DNA of 63,693 bases, filler included, from Bigelowiella natans CCMP2755 (lineage: Eukaryota; Protista; Cercozoa): the NCBI GenBank assembly GCA_000320545.1. It is 7 parts of 7 records of this genome, joined end to end, with 100 filler letters (N's around TTAATTAATTAA, not from the genome) between each part and the next. Parts side by side here need not be neighbours in the genome. Positions count along the whole stretch, not along the records: positions 11,287 to 28,638 come from ADNK01000658.1; positions 28,739 to 46,194 come from ADNK01001123.1; 5 more parts are not named here. One strand, given 5' to 3'. Both the position numbers and the translations under genes were made by a program. Shown in pieces: positions 24,667-38,985 of this stretch (the first letter of the stretch is position 1; each line of letters starts with the position of its first letter). The notes below the pieces were generated by a model, which was not told where the DNA came from, made no database searches, and saw only the letters and a program-made list of their open reading frames with translations.

Positions 24667-24787
24667 CGAGAGAGCGAGAGAGCAGTGAGATGGAGTAGCA
24701 AAATAGAGATGTGCGTATATTTGCTAATCACGGCAAAAAAAACGGTGTGTATCTATCGGTCCTTATGGAATCCGTTTTGTTCTCCAT
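20028..24787 (-). CDS. Multi-exon hypothetical protein with an SH3-like module and a C-terminal Tudor/Agenet-like module (may be more than one gene)
   Basis: Exons include KLAVGNPVIIT|GLKNREIFNGAFGTITASRYDDYE and ELTLGYTMQVYSPF|GIWEDVQVMQI...|FRYLAMDDSSLDEWIRLDSPR|FVAL. DEW...DSPR resembles Royal-family barrels. Confidence 0.4.
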
Positions 24788-25047
24788 GATGGGAGGAAAA
24801 CGGGGGAAAAGAAGATCGAAATTCAATGAGCGCGCTGTCGAATTTCACTACGAATTATAAGGTTTATGTCACGCACGTTGAAGCGATGATAAAAATTGAC
24901 TATCATTGTCTGCCGATCAGCCTGAAAGAACAAAGACAACCCCTATCATCTCCCCATTAATGCACGAACCCAAAGAAAAAGAAACGGCTGATTTGGGGGC
25001 ATGAAATTCTCCTATAAGACTCGCATTTTTTGTGCTGCCGAAGAGGC

Positions 25048-25560
25048 CTATATCTGCCTCCTTTCGTGGAGGGAAGGCAACAAACATGGGTACTCGTTTA
25101 TTCTGCTCCTTTTGACACTACAAGCACGAGGAGAGTGATGGGATGGGATGTAAGTGCAAAATGGTTTGTTTGTTCCACTAACATCGTCCGATACTGGGGG
25201 GAGGGGCACACGGCCGATCTGCTTCGCGTGCCATGAAAATCCTGGCGCGCTTGATTTCTGGAGTCCACTCCTCGATGGGGAAACACCGAAGCCCTTCTCC
25301 CCCCTGTCCCTCAATGTTACCGCTCTTTGATGGCAAGGCCGAGTTTGAGCAGGTGAGCATAATCAATACACACACAACACACACACACACACACAACACA
25401 CAACACACAACACACAACACACAACACACAACACACACGCAAAAGCGCACACGTGTACTTAGCCTATACCCCCGAAAACAGCGAGATGAGGAGCGGTATA
25501 GATGTTGGGAAGAAAAGGAAGAGGGGAGGAAGAAAGGAAAAAACGGCAGATGTATATTTG

Positions 25561-25594
<34 letters not shown>

Positions 25595-26603
25595 TATAAT
25601 TAGCTAGAAGCATAGATAGGAGAATACCCCTCGACGCTAAATGGCGGATACAGAGCATCAGCATCGATTTCCTTGCCAGACCGATGATCTCTATCGCCGC
25701 TCGGCGTTTTATCCATACGCGACTTGACGGTGCTCCTGCAAAGTCCACAATCACAACGTCCCCAGTCATTCAGTCGGCAAATGAACACCAGAGATACTAG
25801 CCAAGAACAGCCGGCAAAACTAACATCAGATGCTTGGTTTTGCCTCACTTTTGAGAACTGCCGCCTTTCGAGGAGGAGTTCGTTCTCTTGGCGACGTCCT
25901 TGCTTTGCTGGGCTTTCTTCCCCAGACGCATATCCTCCAGCTCCTCGATCATTGAGCTGAGATCCTCGAAATTCTTCAAATAGTTCATTTCTCTGTGGAT
26001 GGTTGAAAGCAGGAGCACGTATGTCACCAGATGGCTATCCAAACCTCACGCAAGCACAGAGTGAAGGAATTCATCATGCATGCATCCGCATTTCGTGTAA
26101 ACGCTCGTCGCTCATGAGAATATGCTCCATCGTAAGAATATGCACGTAATAAGAACGAATGACGTACATTTCCTTCATTTCTTCGTAGTCACCGCTTTCG
26201 CTCTGTTAAAAAAAAACAACCAAAAGCACACACAATCTAAATTTATAATTCAAATTGTCTTCAAAAAACATAGCGTGCGTCAATGCATATTTGAGAAAAT
26301 TACCAGCTCTCTCACCCATGTACACATACATATGAGATATCACACACACACACACACACACACACCATTTTTTGCTTAGCTGAATTAACTCACAGATTTT
26401 GTAGGCATGGAGGAACCGATCTCCTCCACGGGGTCTTGGTCTCCTTCTTTTTCAGCATTCTTTGGCTTCCCATTCTTTCGCAGGGATCTGAAATGATAGG
26501 ACGGCCATTCATCCCGCTTGAAGCTCTCCCACTTTTTGGTTATCTTGGGGTCCGTTTTGGCATAGTGCTCCATTGTGCTTTCCCGGTGCGTTAGAAGGGG
26601 TTC

Positions 26604-26653
<50 letters not shown>

Positions 26654-26660
26654 AAAGAGA

Positions 26661-26702
<42 letters not shown>

Positions 26703-28330
26703 TATAGACAATAAGGGGCAGAGGAAGAAGGGGGCTGGGAGATAATAATGATTAGCAAATCAAAGCGAGTCTGAATTACTGCTCTCGTTGAAAAAGAAGT
26801 CAAGATCGCTGCCACTAGGAATGCCTGATTATAACCCAAAAATAGTTAATAGCGGGTATCATATTTGCTAAAAACGAGTATCATATTTGACCAACGAGAG
26901 ACAGCTACTGCTCTGCTCTTGCTAATCTTCAATCGTGAATCACATACTGAGAAATTCAAAACCGTTCAGAACTCAAGCACCTCTCCGTTTGCACGCATTG
27001 GCCACATTGCTCGCCAGCTCTTGCTTGCCGATCCTACGGCAAGAGTTGTGACAAACAAAGTGCGAAAGGCTATGTCCATGCCCACAGACTGCACAACAGC
27101 ATGAGCTTATTCATTTCTAGCAACTCCTGATGTAATGGATTTTGATTCTACAAGACAGCGTCTTAAGCAACTGGAGTGCGCGCGAGGAATATAGTGCCTG
27201 CATGCATGGATGCGACCGGTGATTGGCCTATCTACCTGTCCGCCACGATGTACAGCGTGCATAGCGAATACTGAGGTGAAAGTAGAGAGAGAAATGAGTA
27301 ATGATTTCACAACACAAGGAAACAAGAAACAAGAAATATGGAACTAGAGCGACAAGATTTCTGAATCCATTTCTCTTCTCCGCCCTCCCCCCTCCCTCTC
27401 CATATCCTCTTTGATCCGCGGACAACTTTGATGTGGGATCCGGAGATAATAACGTGCGAGAGATTACCGAAGATATTTCGAACTTGAGATCGACACTCAT
27501 CTTAAACCAAGCCTGAAATATGTAATGCGCTATTAGTCAAGAAATTTATGTGCACACATGCACAAGATCAGCGTACATACTGAGAGACGAACTGACAGGA
27601 GAAAAGTGGAGAGGGGGAGAGAGAGGGGGGGGGGGAGGTTGGAAGATTATGTAAAGGAGAGATTATTGAAATATAAATGTATCCAAGTTATTCCCGTTGT
27701 CTTCAATTATACACAGGGCTCACCGTGGCTCGTTCAATTTGCCCGTGGACCGTGTCTAAGACCACCAGCTTCGACAGCATGTGCGTGACTAATAAAAAAA
27801 GATGGGGAGAGGGGGGGCTCTCGTTTCAGTCGGTGCAGCATACAAGCAACACTCGTGCGGAAATAGCATGCGTATACGTACTGGTGATATTGAACGTCGG
27901 CTTTGCCCACTCGGCGTGCCGAATCGCAAGGTCCATCCAGATCAACGTAGATTTGTCGTTCGCCCTGTTTGGAGCGAGCTCACGAATGAGAAGGGAGGAA
28001 GCTGCAGGCGAAAACGACGTGCGACATGCATTCACATTGCCCCCAGTGCTATCTACAAAGTTTCCACGCACGCACGTACTCGATGCTGAGTCCCAGGACG
28101 TGTAAAATCACCGCAGTAAGACTTCCGTACGGATCCCGATTGGCAGCAACTGTCAAACAACGCGCTCGCTCAAGAGGATTCGAAATGTCCCTCGAAGACG
28201 AACATCCACTCAATCGTAGTCGTGTGCAAGGGTTCAATGTTTTTCATGGACATTTCAAGCAAAACTACGTTCGTATGGAAGTGTCTCCGGCTCGTGCGTT
28301 TCCATTGCTCTGGATGCTACAACGTACCTA
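25048..28330 (-). CDS. Multi-exon hypothetical protein, 5' end probably in the gap
   Basis: Non-repetitive exon-like blocks, e.g. VTHMLSKLVVLDTVHGQIERAT, EEPLLTHRESTMEHYAKTDPKITKKWESFKRDEWPSYHF, REMNYLKNFEDLSSMIEELEDMRLGKK and LRCFPIEEWTPEIKRARIFMAREADR. Confidence 0.4.
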
Positions 28331-28638
28331 GCATGCATATATGCATACAACATATACATATATATGCAAGTATTCAAAAGACCGAGGTCTTTCTCCCCCC
28401 CCCCCCCCCCCCCCTTTTTTTTCCTTTTTTACGCCCCTCCCCCAAAAACAAAAACAAAAAAAAAATGAAATTTATCGAAGGGGCCGTTCAGTTCTTTTCA
28501 AAAGGGTTGATGGGTGGGGAGGAAAATGAACACCTTTGGGGGGGGAGGGTCCCTTTGAACGCTAGAAAAAAAACCAAAGGTCCCCACCGGAAAAACCCTC
28601 CCAAATTTGCCACCCTGGGGCAAAAATTCTCGTAAGGG

Positions 28639-28738
28639 NNNNNNNNNNNNNNNNNNNNNNNNNNNNNNNNNNNNNNNNNNNNTTAATTAATTAANNNNNN
28701 NNNNNNNNNNNNNNNNNNNNNNNNNNNNNNNNNNNNNN
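28639..28738. other. Assembly gap/linker
   Basis: N44-TTAATTAATTAA-N44. Confidence 0.98.
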
Positions 28739-28909
28739 CCCCTCTCTCCCATCTATGAAGGCCAAATGGTGCGGGTTTCTGGGTGTGAAAAATTCCTGTG
28801 TGCAAATTACCGGCGTAGGGTTCGCAATATGGACTCTGTCTTGGGGGCGCGGTGCCTAACAGAGAAAAAAAAGCCGGACCCTACTGGGGGGGGTTGCGGG
28901 GGGGGGGGG

Positions 28910-28944
<35 letters not shown>

Positions 28945-29038
28945 AGAGAAAGGGAGAAAGACGAGGGTGAACAGGCGCCTTTGGACCTTCTTCTCTGCGA
29001 TCAACTCCTTTTTCAAAGCCTGCCGCTTACTCTATTAT

Positions 29039-29082
<44 letters not shown>

Positions 29083-30794
29083 GAGGGAGAGAGGCAAACA
29101 ACCATGATTATGTGAAAATGATGATGATGACGATGGTCATGTTCTTGCCCGATATACTTTGCATTTAGATGCAACAATTTACCAGCCCCTGACCTTAGTT
29201 CATATACACCTACCTCAAGGAGTTCCTTTGCGTGTGCGCTGGCAGCATCCTCTTGCTTCAGCAATCCCTGAGGAGGTCAAAACGACAAACCAACCGATTT
29301 TCCCTTCAAAACTGCCGTCCTCTTGTGGCAATATCAACGTGATTCATGGGTGGGGGAAGGAAGCCCGGAAAGAGACACGGCAGGCTAGCTGATACTGCCC
29401 ACTATCACCAAGACTTGTTGTTACTTCACAGAGTGTGTGTGCGTGTGAGTGTGTGTTTTAAGGAATTTGTAGCAACCTATCCCTTTCATCGCGAGCCTGA
29501 ATGAGAGCTACCTCCGTATCCTGCATCATAATGCGGGGTGGGGGGAGGGACATTAATCGTAGAAGGAAAGCAGTAACATAAGACATATTGAGCCGGTAAG
29601 CTATGCGTGAGTGTGTGCGATGAGAGTATTAGAAACAGACAAATGGAAGTGAGTTAACATTCTCGATATATAAAGACTTGTATGCGATTTGTACTTGCTG
29701 TTGAGCCCGCATTTCTTCGAATTCCTTGCGCATCTGATGTGTATTTCCGGTGTGTCGGCAAATCCAACATGCGCTTGCGCTTGTGTGTGTGTGTGTGTGT
29801 GTGTGTGTGGTGTGCGTTTCTGTGCATGTTTGCGTGTGGCGTAATCAGTGTAAATGCACATATCCAGCGTGTTTGTGTATATTCGCTTCGTTATTTGATT
29901 TAAACGGTTATACAAGGACCCTTGCCTCGCTTTTCAATGCCTGAAAGCACATCATCAGAAAAGTCAAGAGAGATTCTCAAAGGCTGCCAACAATCTCTCC
30001 CTTCCCAGCTGCTGCTGCACCTTTTGCGCGTTTCTTTTCCATTCTTCCGCCTTTTCGCCAAGCAGCTTCGTGGTCGATATCTAAAGACCAACGACATTAC
30101 TAATTTGACATACTGTCTAATATTTTGTGGGGGGGGGGGGGGGATATATAGGCGTATGTAGCATATTGCTACTATGTTTATTGCTTTCATTAGCAGTATA
30201 TGACAACCATAACCAATGAAGGTACATTCGTATGCATTTTATCGCCTTTCGCGCACATTATGCACGGGATAAGGAACCTGTGCCTGCAATGCCTTTTTTG
30301 CTCCTTTGATCGCCGTCTCCCGCACGCGAAGCGCCTCTTTCATTCCACTCAACTGCATCGATAAATTATATCCAAATTAGCATCCATTGCAACGCGGTCT
30401 TTGTTGCGACGAAGTGCTTTGTTTCGATGATGATGATGATGATGGTGATGGTGGTGGTGATGCCCGGGGAAGAAACTGCTGGCCAGCGACTATCCACCAC
30501 ACTAATTTACCTTCTCCTCGTATCTTTGCCGCGTGGATCCTACGGCTTCCTCCACCTTCAATTAGCAAGGAGTATCGATGAGGAAGTGCGTATACTGATT
30601 GGTTTTCTCTTTAGAAGGAGGCAGTAGTAGCACGTATGTGTGCTTGCGTGATCGAAGGCAAGAGAGAACGATAGAAGGAGTATATATCTACACACACACA
30701 AGCTATTCAATGCACCGCGAATTACCATCTTTTGTCGTCCTTTCGCACTTCTTTCAGCCTGTACAAATCACACGAATTAAGTCGCACGCTCACG

Positions 30795-30849
<55 letters not shown>

Positions 30850-31281
30850 TGTGCGTGCGTGTGTGTGATAAGCATAGCACGCACACACAAAGGTGATCCA
30901 CGTCATAACCTCTTCCATCAGCTTTGTGATCTCCTGCGACTGAGGAAGAGCCATATTCATTCAGTTAAACAATCAAGATAGCACTCGTTTGGGTAGAGAA
31001 GAAAGAGAGCCAAAAGAACAAAAAAAATGCATGGGAATACGTTATTCGCCGTCTCCATTATTCTTTCTAATGACAGAGTGAGCTCGTTGTCTTTCTAATG
31101 ATCAAACACAAGTGCTACCTTTGCCATCAAGTTACTCTCCAAGGTGACCACGCGCCGTTCTGATGTAGTACGCATGTTTTGTGAGCATGCGATGCGTTGT
31201 CATTTTGTGACTGCGAAATGTAAATTCGGTAGGTAATTGTCCCAACACATGACACAAATACACACCTACATGACCATTCCG

Positions 31282-31331
<50 letters not shown>

Positions 31332-32056
31332 ATTCGTAATATTTGCGGTCGTATGGTAAACAACTGTGTTCGACGCTCTTCGACTCCTCAGCTTCCTTCG
31401 CTGCAAAACGAGCTCGCGACTACAAAGAAGGGCGGGCGGGCGGGGGGTGCATATTAGCGGTGCACAATCCTAAGTCCCTCACCTCCAACACACACACAAA
31501 CACACACACACAAACGCATGTATAGCATACTTTACCTCCGAGGACGCTAGTTGTCTGGTTAAGCTCTCGACACTATCTTCCAAGCTGTTTTGTTGTTATT
31601 TTCCCCAAAACAGGCGTTAAGAGTGTTCCGGTCTGCTTCTCACTTGCTCGTCTCCCACTCTCAGGTTCGGGGGACGGAGTAGAAAAGGGAACCGATTTCG
31701 GGAAAGGGGGGGGGGGGAAGGGGGTCAAAAGGGATTAACAGTACCCTTGGAGCTCTTTTATCTTCTTGGCCTGCGCCTCTATTGTCTTCTGTAGTTCTTT
31801 GCTAGATAATCGTGCCGATTCCAGCTTCATCTTCGTCTCAGAAGCCTGCGCGGTGCGGCGTGTTTAGGAGATATATTAGGGTTTGTGATCGTAGAAAATA
31901 TTTCGTATTGTATACACAATCATGCCTTTTTCTCGAGGGATTGCGTAAACTGCAGCAGCTTCCCATTCTTTGACTTTACTCTCTTCATCTATGGATTACA
32001 GATAGATGATGATGGTGAAAGAGACGGCGGTTGTGTTAGAGATAGAGCACACATCC

Positions 32057-32101
<45 letters not shown>

Positions 32102-32350
32102 GGGGGGGGGAGAGAAGAAGAGAAAGAAATATCCATCTAGGTATATGTGAATATGTGTTTATTAGTCTGAAGGTGACATACATCGCCCGTCACTTTCCGA
32201 TATTCCTTCTTCCATCTTGACACCTTCATATATTAGACTACAATTATACTAATGTGATAGGCCCCACGCACTCACACGCACGCACACGCACACGCACACG
32301 CACACGCACACGCACACGCACACGCACACGCACGCGCACACACAAACCAA

Positions 32351-32390
<40 letters not shown>

Positions 32391-33140
32391 CACATCCATT
32401 TCACGGTTCGCCGCAGAAGGAAAACTGATTCCTCTTTTACTTTCATCGTGATATGCTTTAATGTGTTTTTCCATAATTCGTATGAGGAGAGTCCTACTAC
32501 CTCGGTTTCCGTATTAGAGAGCCGCTTAGTGAGCGACTTTATGTTGTCTAAATCATGATGAATGCTATGGGTACTGCCGGTGTAGCTGTACAAATATGGA
32601 CACACACCCACACACACACACACACATGCATGCATGCATGCATGCACAGACAGCACACATCCTACATAGAAGTAGTATTATATCTCCGCAAGTGATCTTC
32701 TGCTACTACTTTCCGTGTCATTTTGGACAGCTTCCTTCAGAATCTCGTTTACTCGAGCCTAGATAAGCGGCACTAGGTTAGCATTTTGTCCTCCCTCATC
32801 TCCTCGTGTGTGTGATAAAATGGGACAAGAACAGAAAAGAGAGAGAGAGAGGGGGGTGGAGGGGGGGATATGTACCGCGATATATTCCTTTGAGACAGGA
32901 TTTCGCTCCATCGTATTTATCTGATGTAAAATCCGTACAGGCAAACACTAATTAATTATCCGAGCATGCGCGTGTATGTGTTTGTCCTTGTGTGTGTACG
33001 TGTAAAATGACCATTGGGTCCGTTGGAATGTCCCGAAAGGCCTTCATCAAAACCTATAATGCATACATTGTGAGGTCTCTAAATAGTTTGTAGGTGTTAA
33101 GCTGTTCGTATGTTCATACGCACACACACACACACACACA

Positions 33141-33179
<39 letters not shown>

Positions 33180-33346
33180 TTTATCTGAATTCATTGGTAT
33201 CTGTCACGTGGGAAAGAGTACACCATCAATCCACCTACATGGGCTAATGATCGGATCCTTGAGTCATAGTCCTTTTCTAGTCGGTCGACACGATTCCGAT
33301 ATTCACTCTGACAGCGTACATGTTAGAGAAAGAGCGAGAAGAGAGA

Positions 33347-33384
<38 letters not shown>

Positions 33385-34020
33385 TCTGTCCTTCCACCTC
33401 TAAGTGCTGTATCTTCAGCACCAGCCGAGTCTCCGAAACTACGGCAAGCGAAAACAACAAGTTCAAAAAGAAGTGAGATAGTAATGACAATCATGATAGC
33501 AACTGAAAAGAAAAATCATGATGCAATTACCATCTACTATCGTATTTGTGGAAAAAAAGGGGAAGAGGGGATTTGAGCTGGAGCAACATCAGTAATGCGA
33601 GACAGTGTTATGTCACTAACAAGATGAAAGAAAAAGTAGGAGATTTTCTTTAACGCAGAGATTCATGTTGCATACATACATCCATTAGTCGCCGGCGCCT
33701 CCTCGCTCCATCCCTCCTCCATTGTGCCAACTACTCGCGTGAAGAGCTGGTCTCTTAACGCAACTGCATTCACCAAAACAACAGTTAAATTGTCTCTTCT
33801 TCTGCAAATAGGTTTTGATTAAAATTTTACTCCTCATCTTTCCCCCCATCTGCTCCCCCTTCCCCCCTCGCCCCCTCCCTTCACCCTGGTTGGAGGAGAC
33901 CGTTAAATCCTTCGTCGGTTCTATGTCGGCCAGGCCGAAAACAGAAGAAAACGCAACAGTAACGCGCCATGCGACAACCAAATTCGACACGGCTCGGCGG
34001 CGATTTACAACCTGCGACAA
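28739..34020 (-). CDS. Multi-exon coiled-coil hypothetical protein, 3' truncated
   Basis: E/K/Q/L-rich exons: ARVNEILKEAVQND, HDLDNIKSLTKRLSNTETEVVG, ASETKMKLESARLSSKELQKTIEAQAKKIKELQ, MMQDTEVALIQARDERDRLLQ and ALKKELIAEKKVQR. Confidence 0.5.
32272..32335. repeat. (CACACG)n hexamer microsatellite, intronic
   Basis: Read directly; it produces the RTRTRT/VRVRVR ORFs. Confidence 0.9.
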
Positions 34021-34298
34021 AGAATTATGACCCGGCGAAACCCATTACGCGCTCTCATTGCACAGAGAACATACGACTCGCAGAGAAAGGTTTTGTTAGC
34101 GAGAGGGATTTTCGGTTTGACGTAGAGTGAAAATGGCCTGTTTTTTTTAAATTTGTGAACGTCGATTTTAGCATGTTTGACGCTGAACGAGGAGACAGCA
34201 GAACCAAACAAGCAGCCCAGCGCTTGTCTGGCCGACTCGCCCCCCAGCCTCCTACCCTCAGTGGACTTCATGGTCCTAAGTGAGGGGAACAAGCTAAA

Positions 34299-35882
34299 AT
34301 GGAGATTCTTTACTCGTGCGCGTGGTACGGTGCAGTAGCTCTATTGAGCACCTCCGTTCCACTGGTCATAGTGCTAAATCTGGGGAAGGGGGCGCTTAGG
34401 TTCCGAGAGTTCGTCTCAAAATTCCCAATGGGTCTCAACCACAGCCGTAAACGGGTAGTTATAGGGCCATTCCTCAGCCGTGTGTACGATTATAAAGCGA
34501 ATTCATACCTTGAACATCTCCACAGAAGACAAGATCTTCGAGTGACTTTTGATTTCTTCTCGACCACATAATCAGGGCAGGGCTCATAGTCTATTAAAAT
34601 GCAGCAACGATCGAAGCACTAACCCAAGTTTAATCTACGATAAGTTTTTAAAAGGGCTGAATCGGTCCGCCAGAACGACGCTGAAAAACGTAATGAAAAG
34701 TGCCATCGAACATGCTGGAATTCGAATTTCACGGCCGAATACTGTTTCCCTTAAAATATTACTATTCATTCATTTATGCATTCATTTTGATTATATTCTT
34801 TATGTTTATCACGCATATTTGCTTCCATTTTCTTCTTGTAGCAAGTCGATAAAGAATTCAGGAAGAATGGTTTACGTGTCAAGACTGTTGCCGCCCACGG
34901 CCTCTCACTCGAGCACCTTCCTGTGATTTACTCGCACGAATGCCGCTCATATAACTTCCTCCTGGCCCCAATAGTTTCCTTCCTTCGTTTTCTCTCTTCG
35001 AGCATAATGACAGGATATCGGGACGGTACATCACATGTTGTTTGTTGCCGAGATTTGAGTGCGTAGTCTAATCTTGTTCATTTGCCGACACATTTGTGGG
35101 ATATCGTCTTTTTCTTCAGAATACAGAATTGATGGCCGGCTGGTAGCATATTCGCAGTTTATAATCAAGGGCTCTACGCTCCGAGCGATGTAATAGAATT
35201 ATCTATCCAACTACTTTCGCCGAGCAGCAACAACCAAAACAGGGCTTTGATCTATAACTACCTACACACTAATTGTGAATGTATATGCGTGTGCCACATC
35301 ACATAATGATCTTTTGTTTCAGGTGGTTCTATCAACGCGCAGAAGTGTCGCGGTACCAGATATGGTTTCATAGCTTACGGGCAAATGTGCAGAGGGGGCT
35401 TACAATGCATGAGATCTGCACTGTAGATGCCGGACCAAGTGGCAACAAAGATATCACTAGGTAATAGTATCTTTTAAGTGTACATGCTCCGTGACCATCT
35501 TTTGAGTCCATCTGCCTGTATCTACCCCATTTTCCTCTCCCCTTCTAACTCCACCTATGTCTCTCGAAGGTTGAAGGAAAAATTTGGTTTTGAAACGGTC
35601 AAAGACTGGAGGAATAACTCCGACTATAAGGGCGAGTATGTTCGCCAGCTGCCGAGGGAAATGCAGTTTTTGGGAAGTAGATGCAGCGAAGGCAAGCTAC
35701 TAATGTGCCATAAAGGAATTTCTACAACGAAAGATAGTAAGGCATATGGGAGCATGGGGAGGGCTAAAGCGGTGATAGCAAACCCCTCAGCAAAAAAAAA
35801 TAGTGATTGCAAAATAGAAGCTCAGTTACATTTTAGTAGCAGCGGTATTGGAAGCCGTACTGTAGCGCGTGCACGCAAGTAA
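34299..35882 (+). CDS. GNAT-fold (FemAB/Acetyltransf_6-like) protein with N-terminal hydrophobic segment, multi-exon
   Basis: Spliced sequence YRIDGRLVAYSQFIIKGSTLRAM|WFYQRAEVSRYQIWFHSLRANVQRGLTMHEICTVDAGPSGNKDITR|LKEKFGF resembles the G.LVA / D.G / K.K.GF pattern of FemAB-like GNAT domains. Confidence 0.5.
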
Positions 35883-36313
35883 GAGGCATGTCAAGTAAAA
35901 TATAATTTTGATTATGTTCTTCTATATACAGCAATATATGCAATGCGCATTTAGTGGTATATCTAGAAATATCTAATGGTGTAACTCGATGCAATTGCGA
36001 GCATGTGCTTCCATTTATTGCAAGCTCGCAAGCAGCCATTTGACACGAGAAGTTCCCATACATGCATATTGCCAAGCGACTGACAAAATCTAAACGTTTC
36101 AACGATACAATCGAGCAACAATATATGCATCACTTCACCAGATAAAAACGCGTTGCATATTATTTGAATACTTATCGTCATCCGGCTGACTAAAGTCTAC
36201 ACTCTTTGTGTGTAAGCATGAAAACTTTGCCGGCATGCAAACTAGTATATTTCATATACATGCTAAAATTAGCTTCTAAAACGATTATCGATGCGACATG
36301 CAACTAGCAGTGA

Positions 36314-37932
36314 TCAATTCTTCTTCGCTGCGGCTTCAAGCAATGGTCCCAGTAGCCTAGAAAAACGCGGGGAGTAAAGCATAAACAAGCATAGAATTGG
36401 CACCACGCTACTAAAAAACACTGAATCTATGAAGATGAAGACTTACTCCTTCCACTTAGTCATGTCCCACGAGGAGCTCGCCGCACCAGCAATGGTCCCA
36501 TTTACCATGAATGTCTATCGTAATCGAATTTACGAAGGATTTTTCCAAAGTCACGCATGTGCGAACAAGAACAACCATGCACACGCAACTTCACCTACCC
36601 ATGCCTAGCATCTCTGTTCAAGTGAGGCCGTTATACAAATTGGAAGAAACGAAGGCGGGAAAAATGAAGCGGAAATTATTCACGAGAGAAGCAGCATATA
36701 TGGACAATTAGATTGCGACGATACATCGATGAACACTCTCTGCGTACCGGGGTCTCGTGGATTCCGTTTTGACGACCGTACTTTATCTGATTCTTCAACT
36801 GCCTTAGAACGCCTAGGTCAACGAATAGCATATAGTAAAGGCAGAAAGATATGCGATTATGAATGAAGAGATAGTGCGTCGTTGCAACAGCGTCGCAACA
36901 CTTGGGATTGATCGCTTATGCAGTAGATGTAGAAGCACGGGTCTGGAGTTCGAAGTAATATCATCATTTTCCCGTCCACCAAACATAACTATACTTCAAA
37001 AGGGAGTTCTAGAAGGGATAATCTATTTGAATAAGCCACCTGGGGAGTTGCTATCATTAAATTCGGTGAGGAAATCGTCTTCCTGCCAGACAGGTAAGTT
37101 AGCATCATGTTGATTGCACATCCTTGCTACATGGTGATGAGGACATTACGCGCTTCTACCTTCATTTCAACGATTCCTGAGGTTAGCGAGTGGGCCATTT
37201 TCACCATGCTACCGACGGACATATTCTTTCCCTCCTCCTTGAATTTCTGAGGAGATGAAGAGCGTCTATCAAATGTCAATCGCAACAAGACGAATATATA
37301 TATCGTGCGTTGCGTCATATGAACTATCGCTATGGGCGAAAGGGATGTTGATAGTTTATGTCATACGGCGTAGTTCTGCATGAGCACGACGAAGTATTTT
37401 GCAGCCGCCTCGGCCGAATGATTCTGCGAGGTTAGGAAGGTGTTAGTGCGACGTATTGGTGATTGATTGCTGGTTGGAGACCACTGATTGCATTACTCAA
37501 CTCACATGATTCCAACTACTATTATTTAAAATTACCTTCAAAACAATATTAAACGCTGTGGCTATTACTCCGCCTTCCCAGTGCCATGGTTGTGGAAAAG
37601 GAACGACACGAACAGCGACATTATCCTGCGCGATGTTCTCAAGTCAATGTATGATGATGTAGCCTATGAATATGGGTCGGTACAACCAGTTTTGCCAGCT
37701 GAACCATAGTCGGGGTTGCTTTTACCGAGAACGGGCAGAAAAAGTCAAGGAAAACCTCAACGTTCACCTGACATGCATTCTATTTGAGTCACTTCTCCGA
37801 ACGTAACTGTGCTTCAAATTTCTCGCTGTGAACAACAAGGATGAAACAAGCCTTCCGCAGCAGGAGACTAACCTTGGCGAAGCTTTCCTTGCCGAGGGGG
37901 ACGCCCACGTAAGAATAAGGTAGACGAGACAT
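36314..37932 (-). CDS. DsbA-like thioredoxin-fold protein (Thioredoxin_4 type), multi-exon
   Basis: MSRLPYSYVGVPLGKESFAK|VNVEVFLDFFCPFSVKA...VVPFPQPWH...QIKYGRQNGIHETP...MVNGTIAGAASSSWDMTKWKE|LLGPLLEAAAKKN*. Confidence 0.75.
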
Positions 37933-38382
37933 GGCGTGCTTCCTCGTGTGCTTGCTTCGAATGTTGTCGTCGACGCCGAGGCAGATTCCTGATGTTTTTC
38001 AAACTAACTTGCAGTTGAGAAATATGTACGAGTGGTTGAAATCGAAGTGGTTTATACGAATATTGTTGAGAGAGTGTTGTCGCTTTATAATAAACTCGCA
38101 TCCGCCCGAATCTCCAGTCGAAGATTCCGCTCGAACATGTACGGAAAGCGGGAGAAATCTGTAGTCAATCCGGAAAACATCGTAAATAGGATAAATATTT
38201 ACTGAAGAATTTTCAGAAAGTGCCGCTTCAAATTTCATATCCTCGAAATTGTTATATCTCTTAGGATATTTCAGCTTGTAATATTTGTCTAACACCCTCC
38301 TCCACGCCAGCACCCAAACAGTCTTCCGGTATTGTGGCTCCCCCCCTCAAAGAGCTCAGAGAAGCAGCACCGGCCCAGTGAG

Positions 38383-38845
38383 ATGAGCCAGAACCATCCC
38401 CTGGGATGGGCGGGAGAAGTTTTCAAACCTGTTGTGATGGTGGTGGCAAGTGAAAAGGCAACGGAGATGTGCAAGAAGAGCAACCTCACTCTTTCGCAGA
38501 TGCTGAAGCCCTTCGGCCGCCGCCTTGGAGGACAGGACGGGGGTAACTGCGAGACATCTAACCTTTTGCATATCAATTCAGATAACACATATGCACGGAT
38601 CTTATGAGTCTATCTCAATGTTGAGAGGGAGGGAATAGAAAGTCGCCGTTATCACTGAAGTGTTGCATCTTGTTTCTCTACTTCTTTGTGTACATGATAT
38701 GGTCTGTGTCGCGGAATCGATGCAGCTGTGCGATTTCGAACCCCAAATCAAGGGCTGAAGGTCGTGCGTGGGTATGGAGTACAGATACTCTCTGTCGAGG
38801 AAATAACAGCCATCGCAGGATCTCGAGTCGCATCAGTACTTATAC

Positions 38846-38878
<33 letters not shown>

Positions 38879-38937
38879 TGATGGCGGCGATGACAATCGC
38901 GAACCCTTCCCAGGAGCTTTTAGTGGTGTGTGTATGT

Positions 38938-38985
<48 letters not shown>

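Noticed and set aside
28390-28638. Homopolymer-rich sequence and ORF 28222..28635
   Set aside because: Looks like degraded read-end sequence after a poly-C run, adjacent to a gap.
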